From positions 5,151 through 69,150 of the forward strand of contig JAZUIE010000012.1 of NCBI GenBank assembly GCA_045642125.1: a stretch of 64,000 nucleotides of DNA. Direction: 5' to 3'. A program made the translations under genes and the position numbers. This document shows, piece after piece, positions 49,748-59,045 of the stretch; within the stretch, counting starts at the first letter, position 1; every line of letters starts with the position of its first letter. This DNA is from Acutalibacteraceae bacterium. GTDB lineage: Bacteria > Bacillota > Clostridia > Oscillospirales > Acutalibacteraceae. Under the pieces are notes generated by a model. That model did no database searches. It was not told the origin of the DNA and worked only from the letters and a program-made list of their open reading frames with translations.

Positions 49748-50593
49748 ATGAACAGAGGCATAAATAAGCATTTCCCCGTTTTTGTTTTGCCGACACTTTT
49801 GGCATTCCTTATTGCCTTTTTAATTCCGCTTGTTATAGGTCTTTATTTGTCCTTTTGCGACTTCAGAACGGTAAGCGATGCGGTTTTTGTCGGAACGGAA
49901 AATTATGTTAAGGCTTTCAGCATAAACAAAGATTTTGTAAATTCGCTTGTCTTTACCGTTAAATTTACCGTTCTTGCCGTAATTTCGGTTAATGTTTTGG
50001 CATTTGCTTTGGCGCTCATTCTTACAATGGGAATAAGGGGAGCAAATTTTCTTAAAACCGCATTTTTTATGCCTAACCTTATAGGTGGAATAGTATTAGG
50101 CTATATATGGCAGCTTATAATAAACGGTGTTCTTTACAATTACGGTGTTTCGATAACATCTTCGGCAAAATACGGTTTTATAGGTCTTATCATTCTTACT
50201 AACTGGCAAATGATAGGCTATATGATGGTAATATATATTGCGGGAATAAGTAATATAGACCAGAGCGTTTTAGAAGCGGCAAAGGTTGACGGCGCTTCTA
50301 AAATAAGGACACTTTTTAATGTAATTATCCCGTCTGTTATGCCGTCTGTTACAATTTGTCTTTTCTTAACGCTTACAAATTCCTTTAAGCTGTTTGACCA
50401 GAACTTGGCGCTTACGGCAGGTGCTCCGGCAAAGAGTACGCAAATGGTGGCGCTCGACATTTATAACACCTTTTACGGCAGAGTGGGGTTTGAGGGTGTA
50501 GGACAGGCGAAGGCGGTAATTTTTTCTTTAATAGTCGCCGCAGTAGCCCTTTTGCAGCTTTACTTTACCCGTAAAAAAGAGGTTGAAAACTAA
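49748..50593 (+). CDS. Sugar ABC transporter permease
   Basis: 6-TM ORF with EAA loop EAAKVDGASKIRTLFNVIIP. Confidence 0.88.
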   Translation: MNRGINKHFPVFVLPTLLAFLIAFLIPLVIGLYLSFCDFRTVSDAVFVGTENYVKAFSINKDFVNSLVFTVKFTVLAVISVNVLAFALALILTMGIRGANFLKTAFFMPNLIGGIVLGYIWQLIINGVLYNYGVSITSSAKYGFIGLIILTNWQMIGYMMVIYIAGISNIDQSVLEAAKVDGASKIRTLFNVIIPSVMPSVTICLFLTLTNSFKLFDQNLALTAGAPAKSTQMVALDIYNTFYGRVGFEGVGQAKAVIFSLIVAAVALLQLYFTRKKEVEN

Positions 50594-51426
50594 TGGAGAA
50601 AAAACCGTTTTACACCGTTATTATAAGCATCGTTCTGTTTTTGTTCGCCGCCGCCTTTGCTTTTCCCGTTTTGGTTGTTTTAATGAACTCGTTTAAGACT
50701 AAGTTTTCCATTAGTCTTACACCGTTTGTTTTTCCAAATAAAGAAACCTTTGCGGGAATAAGCAATTACACTTCCGGAATTTTGAAAACGGGTTTTTTAA
50801 GCGCCTTTTTCTACTCGGTTTTTATTACCGTTTTTTCGGTTGCGGCAATAGTTATCTTTACTTCTATGACCGCTTGGTTTATTGTCCGTGTAAAAAATAA
50901 AATGACATCGCTTTTATACTATCTTTTTGTTTTCTCTATGATAGTACCGTTTCAAATGGTTATGTTTCCGATGTCAAAAATGGCGAATGTTTTGGGACTT
51001 GACAACCCTCTCGGAATTATAATAATATATTTAGGGTTCGGTGCGGGACTTTCGGTCTTTATGTTTACGGGCTTTATTAAATCGGTGCCCATAGGCATTG
51101 AAGAAGCGGCGCTTATTGACGGAGCCGGTCCCTTAAGAACCTTTTGGCAGGTCGTTTTTCCGATACTGAAGCCTACCGCAATAACCGTTGCGATATTAAA
51201 CACTATGTGGATATGGAACGATTATCTGTTGCCGTATCTTGTTATAGGAAGCGACTATAAGACGATACCCATTGCCGTTCAGTACCTTAAAGGCGGTTAC
51301 GGTTCGGTTGATATGGGCGCTATGATGGCTATGCTCGTTTTGGCTGTCGTACCGGTCGTTATATTCTATCTTTTCTGCCAAAAATATATTATAAAGGGAG
51401 TGGCATCGGGTGCTGTCAAGGGATAA
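50593..51426 (+). CDS. Sugar ABC transporter permease
   Basis: 6-TM ORF with EAA loop EEAALIDGAGPLRTFWQVVFP. Confidence 0.88.
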   Translation: MEKKPFYTVIISIVLFLFAAAFAFPVLVVLMNSFKTKFSISLTPFVFPNKETFAGISNYTSGILKTGFLSAFFYSVFITVFSVAAIVIFTSMTAWFIVRVKNKMTSLLYYLFVFSMIVPFQMVMFPMSKMANVLGLDNPLGIIIIYLGFGAGLSVFMFTGFIKSVPIGIEEAALIDGAGPLRTFWQVVFPILKPTAITVAILNTMWIWNDYLLPYLVIGSDYKTIPIAVQYLKGGYGSVDMGAMMAMLVLAVVPVVIFYLFCQKYIIKGVASGAVKG

Positions 51427-52879
51427 TCTTCCCCGCCAAAGCGGAATACTTCTTGCCGTTTCGTCTTTGCCGTCACCGTACGGCATAGGCTCTTTCGGTA
51501 TAGAAGCATATAAGTTTATTGATTTTCTTAAAAAGACAAATCAGTCATATTGGCAAATGCTCCCGTTAGTACCCTTAGGCGAGGGCAATTCGCCTTATAA
51601 GTCCCCGTCTTCCTTTGCAGGTGAAATTCTTTATATTGACCTTGATTTTTTGGTGCGTGACGGACTGTTAGACAAAAAAGATTTATCCGACAGTTTCCCT
51701 GACGGCTTTACCGATTACGAGAAAGTAAAAAAGTATAAAATACCGCTCATTAAAAAAGCGGCGCAAAATTTTGACACCGATAATTCCGATTATAAAGAGT
51801 TTTTAAGCGATAACGAATACTGGATAAACGATTACGCCTGTTTTGCGGCGGCGCAAAAGGTGTTTGACTGCGAAACATTAACAGAGCTTCCCGATGGCAT
51901 AAAGTACCGTTTGCCAAACGAGTTAAACGAGTTTAAGGCGCAGTACGGCGATGTTATAGAGTTTTATAAAATTTCGCAGTACTTTTTTTACGCACAGTAT
52001 TTTCCGCTTAAAAGATATGCCGAAAAATCAGGAATAAAAATAATAGGCGATATTCCGTTTTATGTTTCGCCCGACAGTGCCGATGTTTGGGCGCACCCCG
52101 ACAATTTTGTTTTGGAAAGAGATTTTTCGCCAAAGCTTATATCGGGTGTTCCGCCCGATATGTTCTCGAAAACGGGACAGCGCTGGGGGAACCCCCTTTA
52201 TGACTTTTCGTATCTTGCCGAAACAAAATACGACTTTTTATTAAAGCGCTTTGCCCACTGTCTTAACATTTTCGATGTTGTCCGAATAGACCACTTTAGG
52301 GCCTTTGCCGATTATTATTGTATAGACGCAAATGCCCCCGATGCGACTTCGGGTAAATGGTTAAAAGGTCCCGGTATGGACTTTTTCGAAACGGCAAAAG
52401 AAAAACTAAAAAACCTTAATTTTATTGCGGAAGATTTAGGCGGAGAAACGGACGAGGTTAAAAAACTCGTTAACGATACAGGCTTTCCTAATATGAAGGT
52501 TTTACAGTTCGCCTTTAACGGCACAAAGGATAACCCCCATTTACCGCAAAACTGCGGTGAAAACTGTGTTTTATATACGGGTACCCACGATAACAACACA
52601 ATGCTCGGTTACTATAAATCTGCGCCCGTTTACGAAAGAGCGTTTGCCGACAGTGTTTTAAGAGAGTATTCTTTTTTGCCCGTTCCCTATAATTTTATAA
52701 AGTATGCGTACGACTCTAAGGCAAGGCTTGTTATAGTTCCCATGCAGGACATTTTGGGGCTTGACGAAAGCGCAAGAATGAATGTTCCGGGTGTCGCAAA
52801 GGGCAACTGGACATGGCGGTTAAAAAGTAACAGTATAACAGAAGAAATAATAAACCGCCTTATAAACCTTAAAAGATAA
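51410..52879 (+). CDS. malQ: 4-alpha-glucanotransferase (amylomaltase)
   Basis: GTG start. SGILLAVSSLPSPYGIGSFG, RIDHFRAF and IAEDLG are motifs of GH77 enzymes. Confidence 0.88.
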   Translation: MLSRDNLPRQSGILLAVSSLPSPYGIGSFGIEAYKFIDFLKKTNQSYWQMLPLVPLGEGNSPYKSPSSFAGEILYIDLDFLVRDGLLDKKDLSDSFPDGFTDYEKVKKYKIPLIKKAAQNFDTDNSDYKEFLSDNEYWINDYACFAAAQKVFDCETLTELPDGIKYRLPNELNEFKAQYGDVIEFYKISQYFFYAQYFPLKRYAEKSGIKIIGDIPFYVSPDSADVWAHPDNFVLERDFSPKLISGVPPDMFSKTGQRWGNPLYDFSYLAETKYDFLLKRFAHCLNIFDVVRIDHFRAFADYYCIDANAPDATSGKWLKGPGMDFFETAKEKLKNLNFIAEDLGGETDEVKKLVNDTGFPNMKVLQFAFNGTKDNPHLPQNCGENCVLYTGTHDNNTMLGYYKSAPVYERAFADSVLREYSFLPVPYNFIKYAYDSKARLVIVPMQDILGLDESARMNVPGVAKGNWTWRLKSNSITEEIINRLINLKR

Positions 52880-52984
52880 AAAAGACCGCTGTAGTTTATT
52901 ACTACGGCGGTTTTAGTATTTGTAATATTGATTTTTGCAAAAACAATGTTATAATAAATAAAAAGACTTTTAAGGAGAACTTTT

Positions 52985-53554
52985 ATGGAAAACACAATTT
53001 CAGGCGTTCGCAGAACGGTGCAGATTATCGGTATACTTATTTGCATTTTGTCAATAGCTGTAAGCGCATTTATTATTGTTGACGGACTTAAAGAAACCGC
53101 AGACGAAACACCCTATGCCGTCTTAATACTTGCGAATATTTCGGTTTTAGGTATCGGTCTTGCCTATTTTTTGGGCGGATTCAGTAAAAAGGACGCAGAA
53201 TGGTTCAGATTCTTTATGATAGCCTTTGCCGGTTGTCAGCTTCTTAATTTTGTTTTGTCGTTTTTTATTACCGAAGTATCGACAACAGAATTTTTTGTAG
53301 GCTCGGTAGTTACGCTTTTGTGTTACGGCCACTGTCTTATTCTCGCCGAGGCTAAAGACTTAGGAAAGGTATGGAGCTTCATTTTAATGGGCTTCGTAGC
53401 ACTCGCTTACCTTTGCTTCGCTTTCAGCACTTCGGGGCTTTTGGGCTTCGCAACGGCAGGAATGAGATTTATTATGGCGGTTATCGGACTTATTATGATT
53501 TTTGCAAAATATGTCGATAAAAAAGAGCGCTACGAAAACACCGCAAACAAATAA
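52985..53554 (+). CDS. Hypothetical multi-pass membrane protein
   Basis: 189-aa ORF with about 5 hydrophobic segments and RBS AAGGAG. Confidence 0.5.
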   Translation: MENTISGVRRTVQIIGILICILSIAVSAFIIVDGLKETADETPYAVLILANISVLGIGLAYFLGGFSKKDAEWFRFFMIAFAGCQLLNFVLSFFITEVSTTEFFVGSVVTLLCYGHCLILAEAKDLGKVWSFILMGFVALAYLCFAFSTSGLLGFATAGMRFIMAVIGLIMIFAKYVDKKERYENTANK

Positions 53555-53577
53555 AGATGTTAAGGAATATTCGGAAA

Positions 53578-54741
53578 ATGAAAAAAACTTATAAAGCGGT
53601 TGCGGTTTTTCTTTGCGTTTTGTGTTGTGTCAGCCTTTTTGCATCTTGTAAAGGCACAAAAGCGACTGTGGAAATTGATTGCGTATATTTAGGCGTTAAA
53701 AACAGCAAAAAAGCCACAAGAGAAGATGTTTTGAGCGATAAAAACGCCGTTTTCAAGTTTAAGGTTGACGGAAAAACAAAATATTATTGTGTTGACTGCG
53801 GCGAAGACAATTATACAATTCAAAACACACTTATGAACGGTTACGAATACCGTATTACCGTTAAAGGCGACAAGATTTTATCGGCAAGACTTTTAGACGG
53901 GTCTGCCGGTAAAGGCAAAGTAAGCGGCTATACGGCGGGAGAAAAAACGGTTAAAAATTTTTTGTCTTGCGCCGTTTCTCCTATCGGTAAGGCCTTGTAT
54001 GTTTACGGCGGCGGCTGGAATTTTGAAGACAGCGGAAGCTCAACCATTGCAAGAACGATAGGCCTTTCTCCCACATGGGAAAAGTTTTATAAGTCTCAAG
54101 ATTTTACTTACGACCACAAAAAGCAAACATATCCCGATAACGGTTGGAACGAATATTATTATGCAGGTCTTGACTGCAGCGGTTTTATCGGCTGGACGCT
54201 TTATAATACATTTAATACCGAAAGCGGTAAAGACGGCTTTGTTATGCCGTCAAAGAAAATGGCAAGTACATTCGGAAACGACAAGAAGTTAGGAAGCTTT
54301 GTTCACCCCGAAACAAAAGACTATGCGAAAATAATTAAAATGTTACACCCCGGCGACATTATAAGCATAGACGGACATGCTTATATCGTTTTAGGCACCT
54401 GTGATGACGGCAGTATGATTATAGTACACAGTACGGAGGTCAAGTCGGTATCGGGTGATAGCGGCGGCGGTGTGATGTTAAGTGCAATAAGCATAAACGG
54501 TGACGAGGACAAGTCCTGCAAAGCTTATAAGCTTGTTGAGGAAACAAACAGAAAGTACTTCCCCGAATTTGAAAAAAGATATCCTGCCGGTATGAAACCC
54601 GTAAGTTTATATTTCGATTTCCCCGAAGATTTGCCGATAACCGGAATTTTCACTTGGGACAACCCCGAAAACGGACTTAAGGACCAAGAAAACATAAGAA
54701 ATATGTCGGCTGAGCAGGTGCTTGAAACAATATTCAGTTAA
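53578..54741 (+). CDS. NlpC/P60-like cysteine peptidase lipoprotein
   Basis: MKKTYKAVAVFLCVLCCVSLFASC lipobox, with catalytic-Cys context GLDCSGFIGW and later DGHAYIVLG. The track start at 53557 is also possible. Confidence 0.65.
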   Translation: MKKTYKAVAVFLCVLCCVSLFASCKGTKATVEIDCVYLGVKNSKKATREDVLSDKNAVFKFKVDGKTKYYCVDCGEDNYTIQNTLMNGYEYRITVKGDKILSARLLDGSAGKGKVSGYTAGEKTVKNFLSCAVSPIGKALYVYGGGWNFEDSGSSTIARTIGLSPTWEKFYKSQDFTYDHKKQTYPDNGWNEYYYAGLDCSGFIGWTLYNTFNTESGKDGFVMPSKKMASTFGNDKKLGSFVHPETKDYAKIIKMLHPGDIISIDGHAYIVLGTCDDGSMIIVHSTEVKSVSGDSGGGVMLSAISINGDEDKSCKAYKLVEETNRKYFPEFEKRYPAGMKPVSLYFDFPEDLPITGIFTWDNPENGLKDQENIRNMSAEQVLETIFS

Positions 54742-54752
54742 TAAAAAATATT

Positions 54753-54783
54753 AAAGACCGTTTCTTTAGAAACGGTCTTTTGT
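54753..54783. terminator. Bidirectional terminator
   Basis: AAAGACCGTTTC-TTTA-GAAACGGTCTTT. Confidence 0.65.
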
Positions 54784-54799
54784 TATTATAAAAAACAAA

Positions 54800-55783
54800 T
54801 CAAAGTAAAGTTTTAAGCAATGTTTCTTGTTCTGTAGGCATTAAAGCGGCAGGGGGGATATCGAAAACGGTTTTGCAGCCGAAATCGCCGTTTTTGTTAA
54901 GTTTATATGCGGCTCTTGCGTATGACACAAGTACACTGCCCGTAAATTCGGGGTTTGAGTCGAGCTTTAAGCTAAACTCGACCGTATGACGGTTTTCGCC
55001 GTTTTCTCCCGTTACACCGGTTCTTATAACCGTTCCGCCGTGCGGTAAGCCCGAATGGTTTTTCTTAAGTTCTTCTTCCGACACAAAATGAACGGTTGTT
55101 TCGTAATCGGCAAAGTAATTCGGCATATTTTTAATTTCTTTTTCTATTCTTTCTATGTCGGCACCGTCACAAACGGCAACAAAGCATTCTCTTTTGTGCT
55201 TTTGTCCTGCGGTAAGTGTCGGGTTTTCGCCGTTTCTGACACTTTTAACGGCTTTTTCTATGGGGATAGTGTACTGCCGTGCGTCCAAAACACCGTCAAT
55301 ACGGCGGATAGCGTCCGAATGTCCCTGACTTACGCCCTTGCCCCAAAAAGTATAATCGCTTCCGTTCGGCAAAACGGCATTCATATATATACGGCTAAGC
55401 GAAAACAGTCCGGGGTCCCAGCCTACCGAAATTACGGCAACCTTTTTGCCTGTGACCGCCTTTTTGTCGGTGCTTAAAAAGTGTTCGTTTATTTTTGCGT
55501 GAGTATCAAAACTGTCGACAACATTAAAGTGCTCTGCCAAATAGGGTGTTGTCACGGGCAGGTCGGTAGCACTTCCGCCGCAGTTTATCAAAACATCAAT
55601 TTTGTCTTTATATTTTTCTATGTCGTCAAAGGAGGCGACAAAAGCGTCTTTTGTTTTAATCTTTACGGTGTCGGGGCTTCGCCTTGTAAATACACCGACA
55701 AGAGTCATATCGTCAGCGTTACTGACGGCAGACTCGGCGCCTTTGCCCAAATTACCGTATCCTGCAATTGCTATTTTAATCAT
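54800..55783 (-). CDS. ddh: meso-Diaminopimelate D-dehydrogenase
   Basis: MIKIAIAGYGNLGKG N-terminus, with length and GWDPG/SQGHSDA motifs typical of Ddh. I prefer the ATG at 55781-55783. Confidence 0.82.
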   Translation of the reverse strand: MIKIAIAGYGNLGKGAESAVSNADDMTLVGVFTRRSPDTVKIKTKDAFVASFDDIEKYKDKIDVLINCGGSATDLPVTTPYLAEHFNVVDSFDTHAKINEHFLSTDKKAVTGKKVAVISVGWDPGLFSLSRIYMNAVLPNGSDYTFWGKGVSQGHSDAIRRIDGVLDARQYTIPIEKAVKSVRNGENPTLTAGQKHKRECFVAVCDGADIERIEKEIKNMPNYFADYETTVHFVSEEELKKNHSGLPHGGTVIRTGVTGENGENRHTVEFSLKLDSNPEFTGSVLVSYARAAYKLNKNGDFGCKTVFDIPPAALMPTEQETLLKTLL

Positions 55784-55933
55784 TTTTATCACCGAAATAA
55801 AGTATAACACATTTTTATTAAAACTTACAACTTAAAATTAAAATATTCTTTACCAAATATTAAAAATTTGATATAATACTTATATAATAGAAGAAACAAG
55901 ATATATTTTTACGGAAAAGTTACGGTGATAACT

Positions 55934-57352
55934 ATGGAACTTAACATAACCGAAGAAAATTACAAAGAAAAAAGAGAAGAATTAGTAAGACTTAATTCAA
56001 ATATGTTAGGCCTTGTTATGAGAGAAAACGAGCTTAAAGCGGACTCTTATTTAACAAAGCTTAAAAAAGATTTTAAGCGTTCTTTCGGCAATAAAAACAT
56101 TTACGATATGCCCGTTTTAACCGATATGAGCATAACGGAAAGTGAGCTTTATAAGTTTTTAATAAGACTTCCCAAAGGCGCCGATTTGCATGTACATGAT
56201 ATGGCGCTTTTACCCGCAGGTAAGCTTATAGACTTTTTATCTTTTAGGGAAGACTTTTATATAAATGCCGATAAAAAGTCATACGACTTAATTTATGCCG
56301 CCAAAAAAAGCGACAAAAAGGACGGATATATAAGCCTTAAAAAAGCCTTAGAAGACGGGTATTATACCAAAGAAGAACTAAAGTACAACTGGACGGTTGC
56401 TTCCGCTTGTGACTCGGCTCTTAATATTTGGGACTTTTTTGAAACTCTTTTTGACCGTCACGGCGCACTTTCGAGCAACCCTGAGTTTGCAAAGGAATAC
56501 TATGAATATACATTTAGGTATTATGTAAACTCGAACATCTACCATATTGAAATACATAATATGTTAACCGAGAGCCTTGACGACAGTTTAGATTATGTAA
56601 GGGCGGTTAGGGAAGCATATTATGCGGTTAAAAAAGACTATCCGTTTTTTACGGTGCGGATAATAGGTGCGGGTGTTAAGTCGGACAACGATAAAATTCA
56701 AATGACAAAAACCTGCTTTCTTAATACCACACTTGCGCAGGAGCTTGTTAAAGACGAGTCTAACAAGGACAATATAACAAATTTTGTTATCGGGTTTGAC
56801 CTTGTAAACGAAGAAGACACGAGTCTTCCTTTATATCAGTTTGCCGATATGCTGATAAAGGCAAAACGGCGCTATCCCGATATGAAGCTTTATATCCACA
56901 GTGGAGAGAGTCTTGACGCAAACAACGATAATTTGATAGACGCTTATCTTTTGGGCGTTTCGAGAGTGGGGCACGGGTTAAACCTATATAGGTATCCCGA
57001 TTTGCATTCAAGATTTGTAAAATCGGAAATTTGTCTTGAGGTTTGCCCAATAAGTAATCAGGTTTTAGGCTACACAAAGGACATAAGAAACCACCCCGCA
57101 ACCGAATATCTGCGCTCGGGTATGGCGATAGCGCTCTGCTCGGACGACCCTGCGTATATGGAAAACGAAACGCTTACAGACGATTTCTTCGCAGGTACTG
57201 TAGGCTGGGACTTGTCACTTGCCGACCTAAAGCAACTCGGAATAAACTCTATTATGTATTCGGGACTCCAAAACGAAGAAAAGTTTTCGCTTCTTAAAAC
57301 ATATAACGAAAAATGGAACGAATTTATCGAAGAAACAGTTAAAAACATATAA
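55934..57352 (+). CDS. Adenosine/adenine deaminase-family metallohydrolase
   Basis: Metal-binding motifs HVHDMA, HSGES and CSDDP. The ATG at 55934 lies about 5 nt after GGTGAT, and the track GTG at 55925 is also possible. Confidence 0.78.
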   Translation: MELNITEENYKEKREELVRLNSNMLGLVMRENELKADSYLTKLKKDFKRSFGNKNIYDMPVLTDMSITESELYKFLIRLPKGADLHVHDMALLPAGKLIDFLSFREDFYINADKKSYDLIYAAKKSDKKDGYISLKKALEDGYYTKEELKYNWTVASACDSALNIWDFFETLFDRHGALSSNPEFAKEYYEYTFRYYVNSNIYHIEIHNMLTESLDDSLDYVRAVREAYYAVKKDYPFFTVRIIGAGVKSDNDKIQMTKTCFLNTTLAQELVKDESNKDNITNFVIGFDLVNEEDTSLPLYQFADMLIKAKRRYPDMKLYIHSGESLDANNDNLIDAYLLGVSRVGHGLNLYRYPDLHSRFVKSEICLEVCPISNQVLGYTKDIRNHPATEYLRSGMAIALCSDDPAYMENETLTDDFFAGTVGWDLSLADLKQLGINSIMYSGLQNEEKFSLLKTYNEKWNEFIEETVKNI

Positions 57353-57364
57353 AATAAACCTACT

Positions 57365-57397
57365 AAAAAAGACTTGTCGCAAGACAAGTCTTTTTTT
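57365..57397. terminator. Bidirectional terminator
   Basis: AAAAAAGACTTGTC-GCAA-GACAAGTCTTTTTT. Confidence 0.7.
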
Positions 57398-57408
57398 GCT
57401 TCTATTAT

Positions 57409-58242
57409 CTAATTTTCGTTTTGTTTTTCGGCGTCATACTGCCGTTTGTGTATATATGTTTTATCGGGATATATTAAACCCCAAAAAATCACATCAAGTT
57501 TATGTAACACTTTCTTCTTAATTTTTGTAATACGCTTTATATTTTTCTTGTTATCGGAAAATGCGTAATTTTTATTTCTCGTTTCTTTGGGAATAATTTC
57601 GCTTTCCAAAAACTGCTTTATTGATTTGTTAGAAGATGAGGGAACTCTGCAAACAGTATCGTTTGTATCTTTTTTTACAAAAAAGAAATTGATGTCTTTG
57701 TTATCAAACACAGCATTGCTGTCTATAACAAACAAAATTTCATTTTCTTTGTTGTGTTTTTTGATTTCGTTAACTATAAGCTGATAATTTTTATTTATCC
57801 AGACAATCTCGCTTTCGGAAGCACAGTATCTTATGAAAAGAGTCGGCTTAGATATCGCCTCATAAAAAGTCTTAATTCTTCTTTGGTACTTTTTCTTTAC
57901 CTTTCTATACTGAACACATAACGGCTTAAAGGGAACAAAATCGTGGTAAAAATGCAATTTATTTAGTTTGTCATAATAATAACCGCAATTATTATTGTAT
58001 TGCAGTAAGTTTTTATAGTCCATAAATCCGTCAAAACGATTTTGAATTAAAAAAAACAACCGCGCTAAGCTATCCGATATTAACCAGTCAAACGGTCCCG
58101 AGTGCGACCTCAAACCGTATCTTTCCGTATCTTGCGCAACACCGCAAAAAAAGCCCAAAGAAATTATGTTAGACCACTGTTTTCCTTTTTGATAGCTAAT
58201 AACTGATTCAGACGGCATCGTTTTTACTAATGTATTTTTCAA
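57409..58242 (-). CDS. DUF1796-like (papain-fold) protein
   Basis: 277-aa ORF. ISLGFFCGVAQDTERYGLRSHSGPFDW resembles DUF1796, recalled from memory. Confidence 0.6.
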   Translation of the reverse strand: MKNTLVKTMPSESVISYQKGKQWSNIISLGFFCGVAQDTERYGLRSHSGPFDWLISDSLARLFFLIQNRFDGFMDYKNLLQYNNNCGYYYDKLNKLHFYHDFVPFKPLCVQYRKVKKKYQRRIKTFYEAISKPTLFIRYCASESEIVWINKNYQLIVNEIKKHNKENEILFVIDSNAVFDNKDINFFFVKKDTNDTVCRVPSSSNKSIKQFLESEIIPKETRNKNYAFSDNKKNIKRITKIKKKVLHKLDVIFWGLIYPDKTYIHKRQYDAEKQNEN

Positions 58243-58293
58243 GTCCCGCCAACACCAACTTAAAACAAAATTTCGCTTACCGCAAAGACATTA

Positions 58294-58310
58294 TAGACAT
58301 TTTATGTCTA
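58294..58310. promoter_or_regulatory. Candidate operator palindrome upstream of the XRE regulator
   Basis: TAGACAT-TTT-ATGTCTA is a perfect inverted repeat. A further half-site ATGTCTA lies at 58329-58335, overlapping the -10 region. Confidence 0.45.
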
Positions 58311-58360
58311 ATTGTCAATAGAAATTTAATGTCTATCATATAATATTATCGGGTGATATT

Positions 58361-58588
58361 ATGTGTTTGAACTTTGGAGAAAAAATCCGAGATTTACGAG
58401 AAGAAAAGGAATTAAACCAGACCGAACTCGGTAAAGCATTAAATATGACGCAAAGAAAAATATCATATATTGAATGTGGTAAATTCGAGCCGTCTATTGA
58501 CGATATTAAAGCGTTTTGCAATTACTTTAATATTTCCTCTGATTATTTAATAGGCATCAAAAAAGGAATGAATTATCCTGAAAGATAA
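58361..58588 (+). CDS. XRE-family HTH transcriptional regulator
   Basis: 75-aa ORF with LREEKELNQTELGKALNMTQRKISYIECG. Confidence 0.85.
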   Translation: MCLNFGEKIRDLREEKELNQTELGKALNMTQRKISYIECGKFEPSIDDIKAFCNYFNISSDYLIGIKKGMNYPER

Positions 58589-58624
58589 ACCGCCGAACAG
58601 AAAATTTCTGTCGGCGGTTTTTTA
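58588..58624. terminator. Rho-independent terminator
   Basis: AACCGCCGAACAGAAA-ATTTCTGTCGGCGGTT followed by TTTT. Confidence 0.65.
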
Positions 58625-58672
58625 CGCTGTCACAATTTTTTATTTTTAGCTTTTCAGGACTTAAATTTTCGG

Positions 58673-59035
58673 TCACTCGCAGCTTTTAAGGGCAACACAA
58701 ACGGCGGTATACTCTTTTTCGAGCTCGGAAAACATCTTAAAATAATCGTCAAAAGAATAATTGTCACGGTTTTGCGGACGCAGGGCATCGGTAAGGACTA
58801 CTGATGCTTTCGAAAGTCTGTCAAAAGCAAGGTTAAGAGATACACCTTTAAGGGTATGCACAGCCGAAAATGCCGTTTCGGCATCTTTGTTATTCAGTGC
58901 GGTTTTCAGCATATCGAAGCTTTTGTCGGCGGGAAATTTCATAATAAACTTATAAACAAGAGAGTCATTCATAAGTCTTTGCAAGACATCGTTATAATTT
59001 CCGCCTATTTCGGCATAAAATTCTTTTACCGTCAT
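58673..59035 (-). CDS. Hpt (histidine phosphotransfer) domain protein
   Basis: 120-aa ORF with AVHTLKGVSLNLAF. Confidence 0.75.
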   Translation of the reverse strand: MTVKEFYAEIGGNYNDVLQRLMNDSLVYKFIMKFPADKSFDMLKTALNNKDAETAFSAVHTLKGVSLNLAFDRLSKASVVLTDALRPQNRDNYSFDDYFKMFSELEKEYTAVCVALKSCE

Positions 59036-59045
59036 ACTCTTCTCC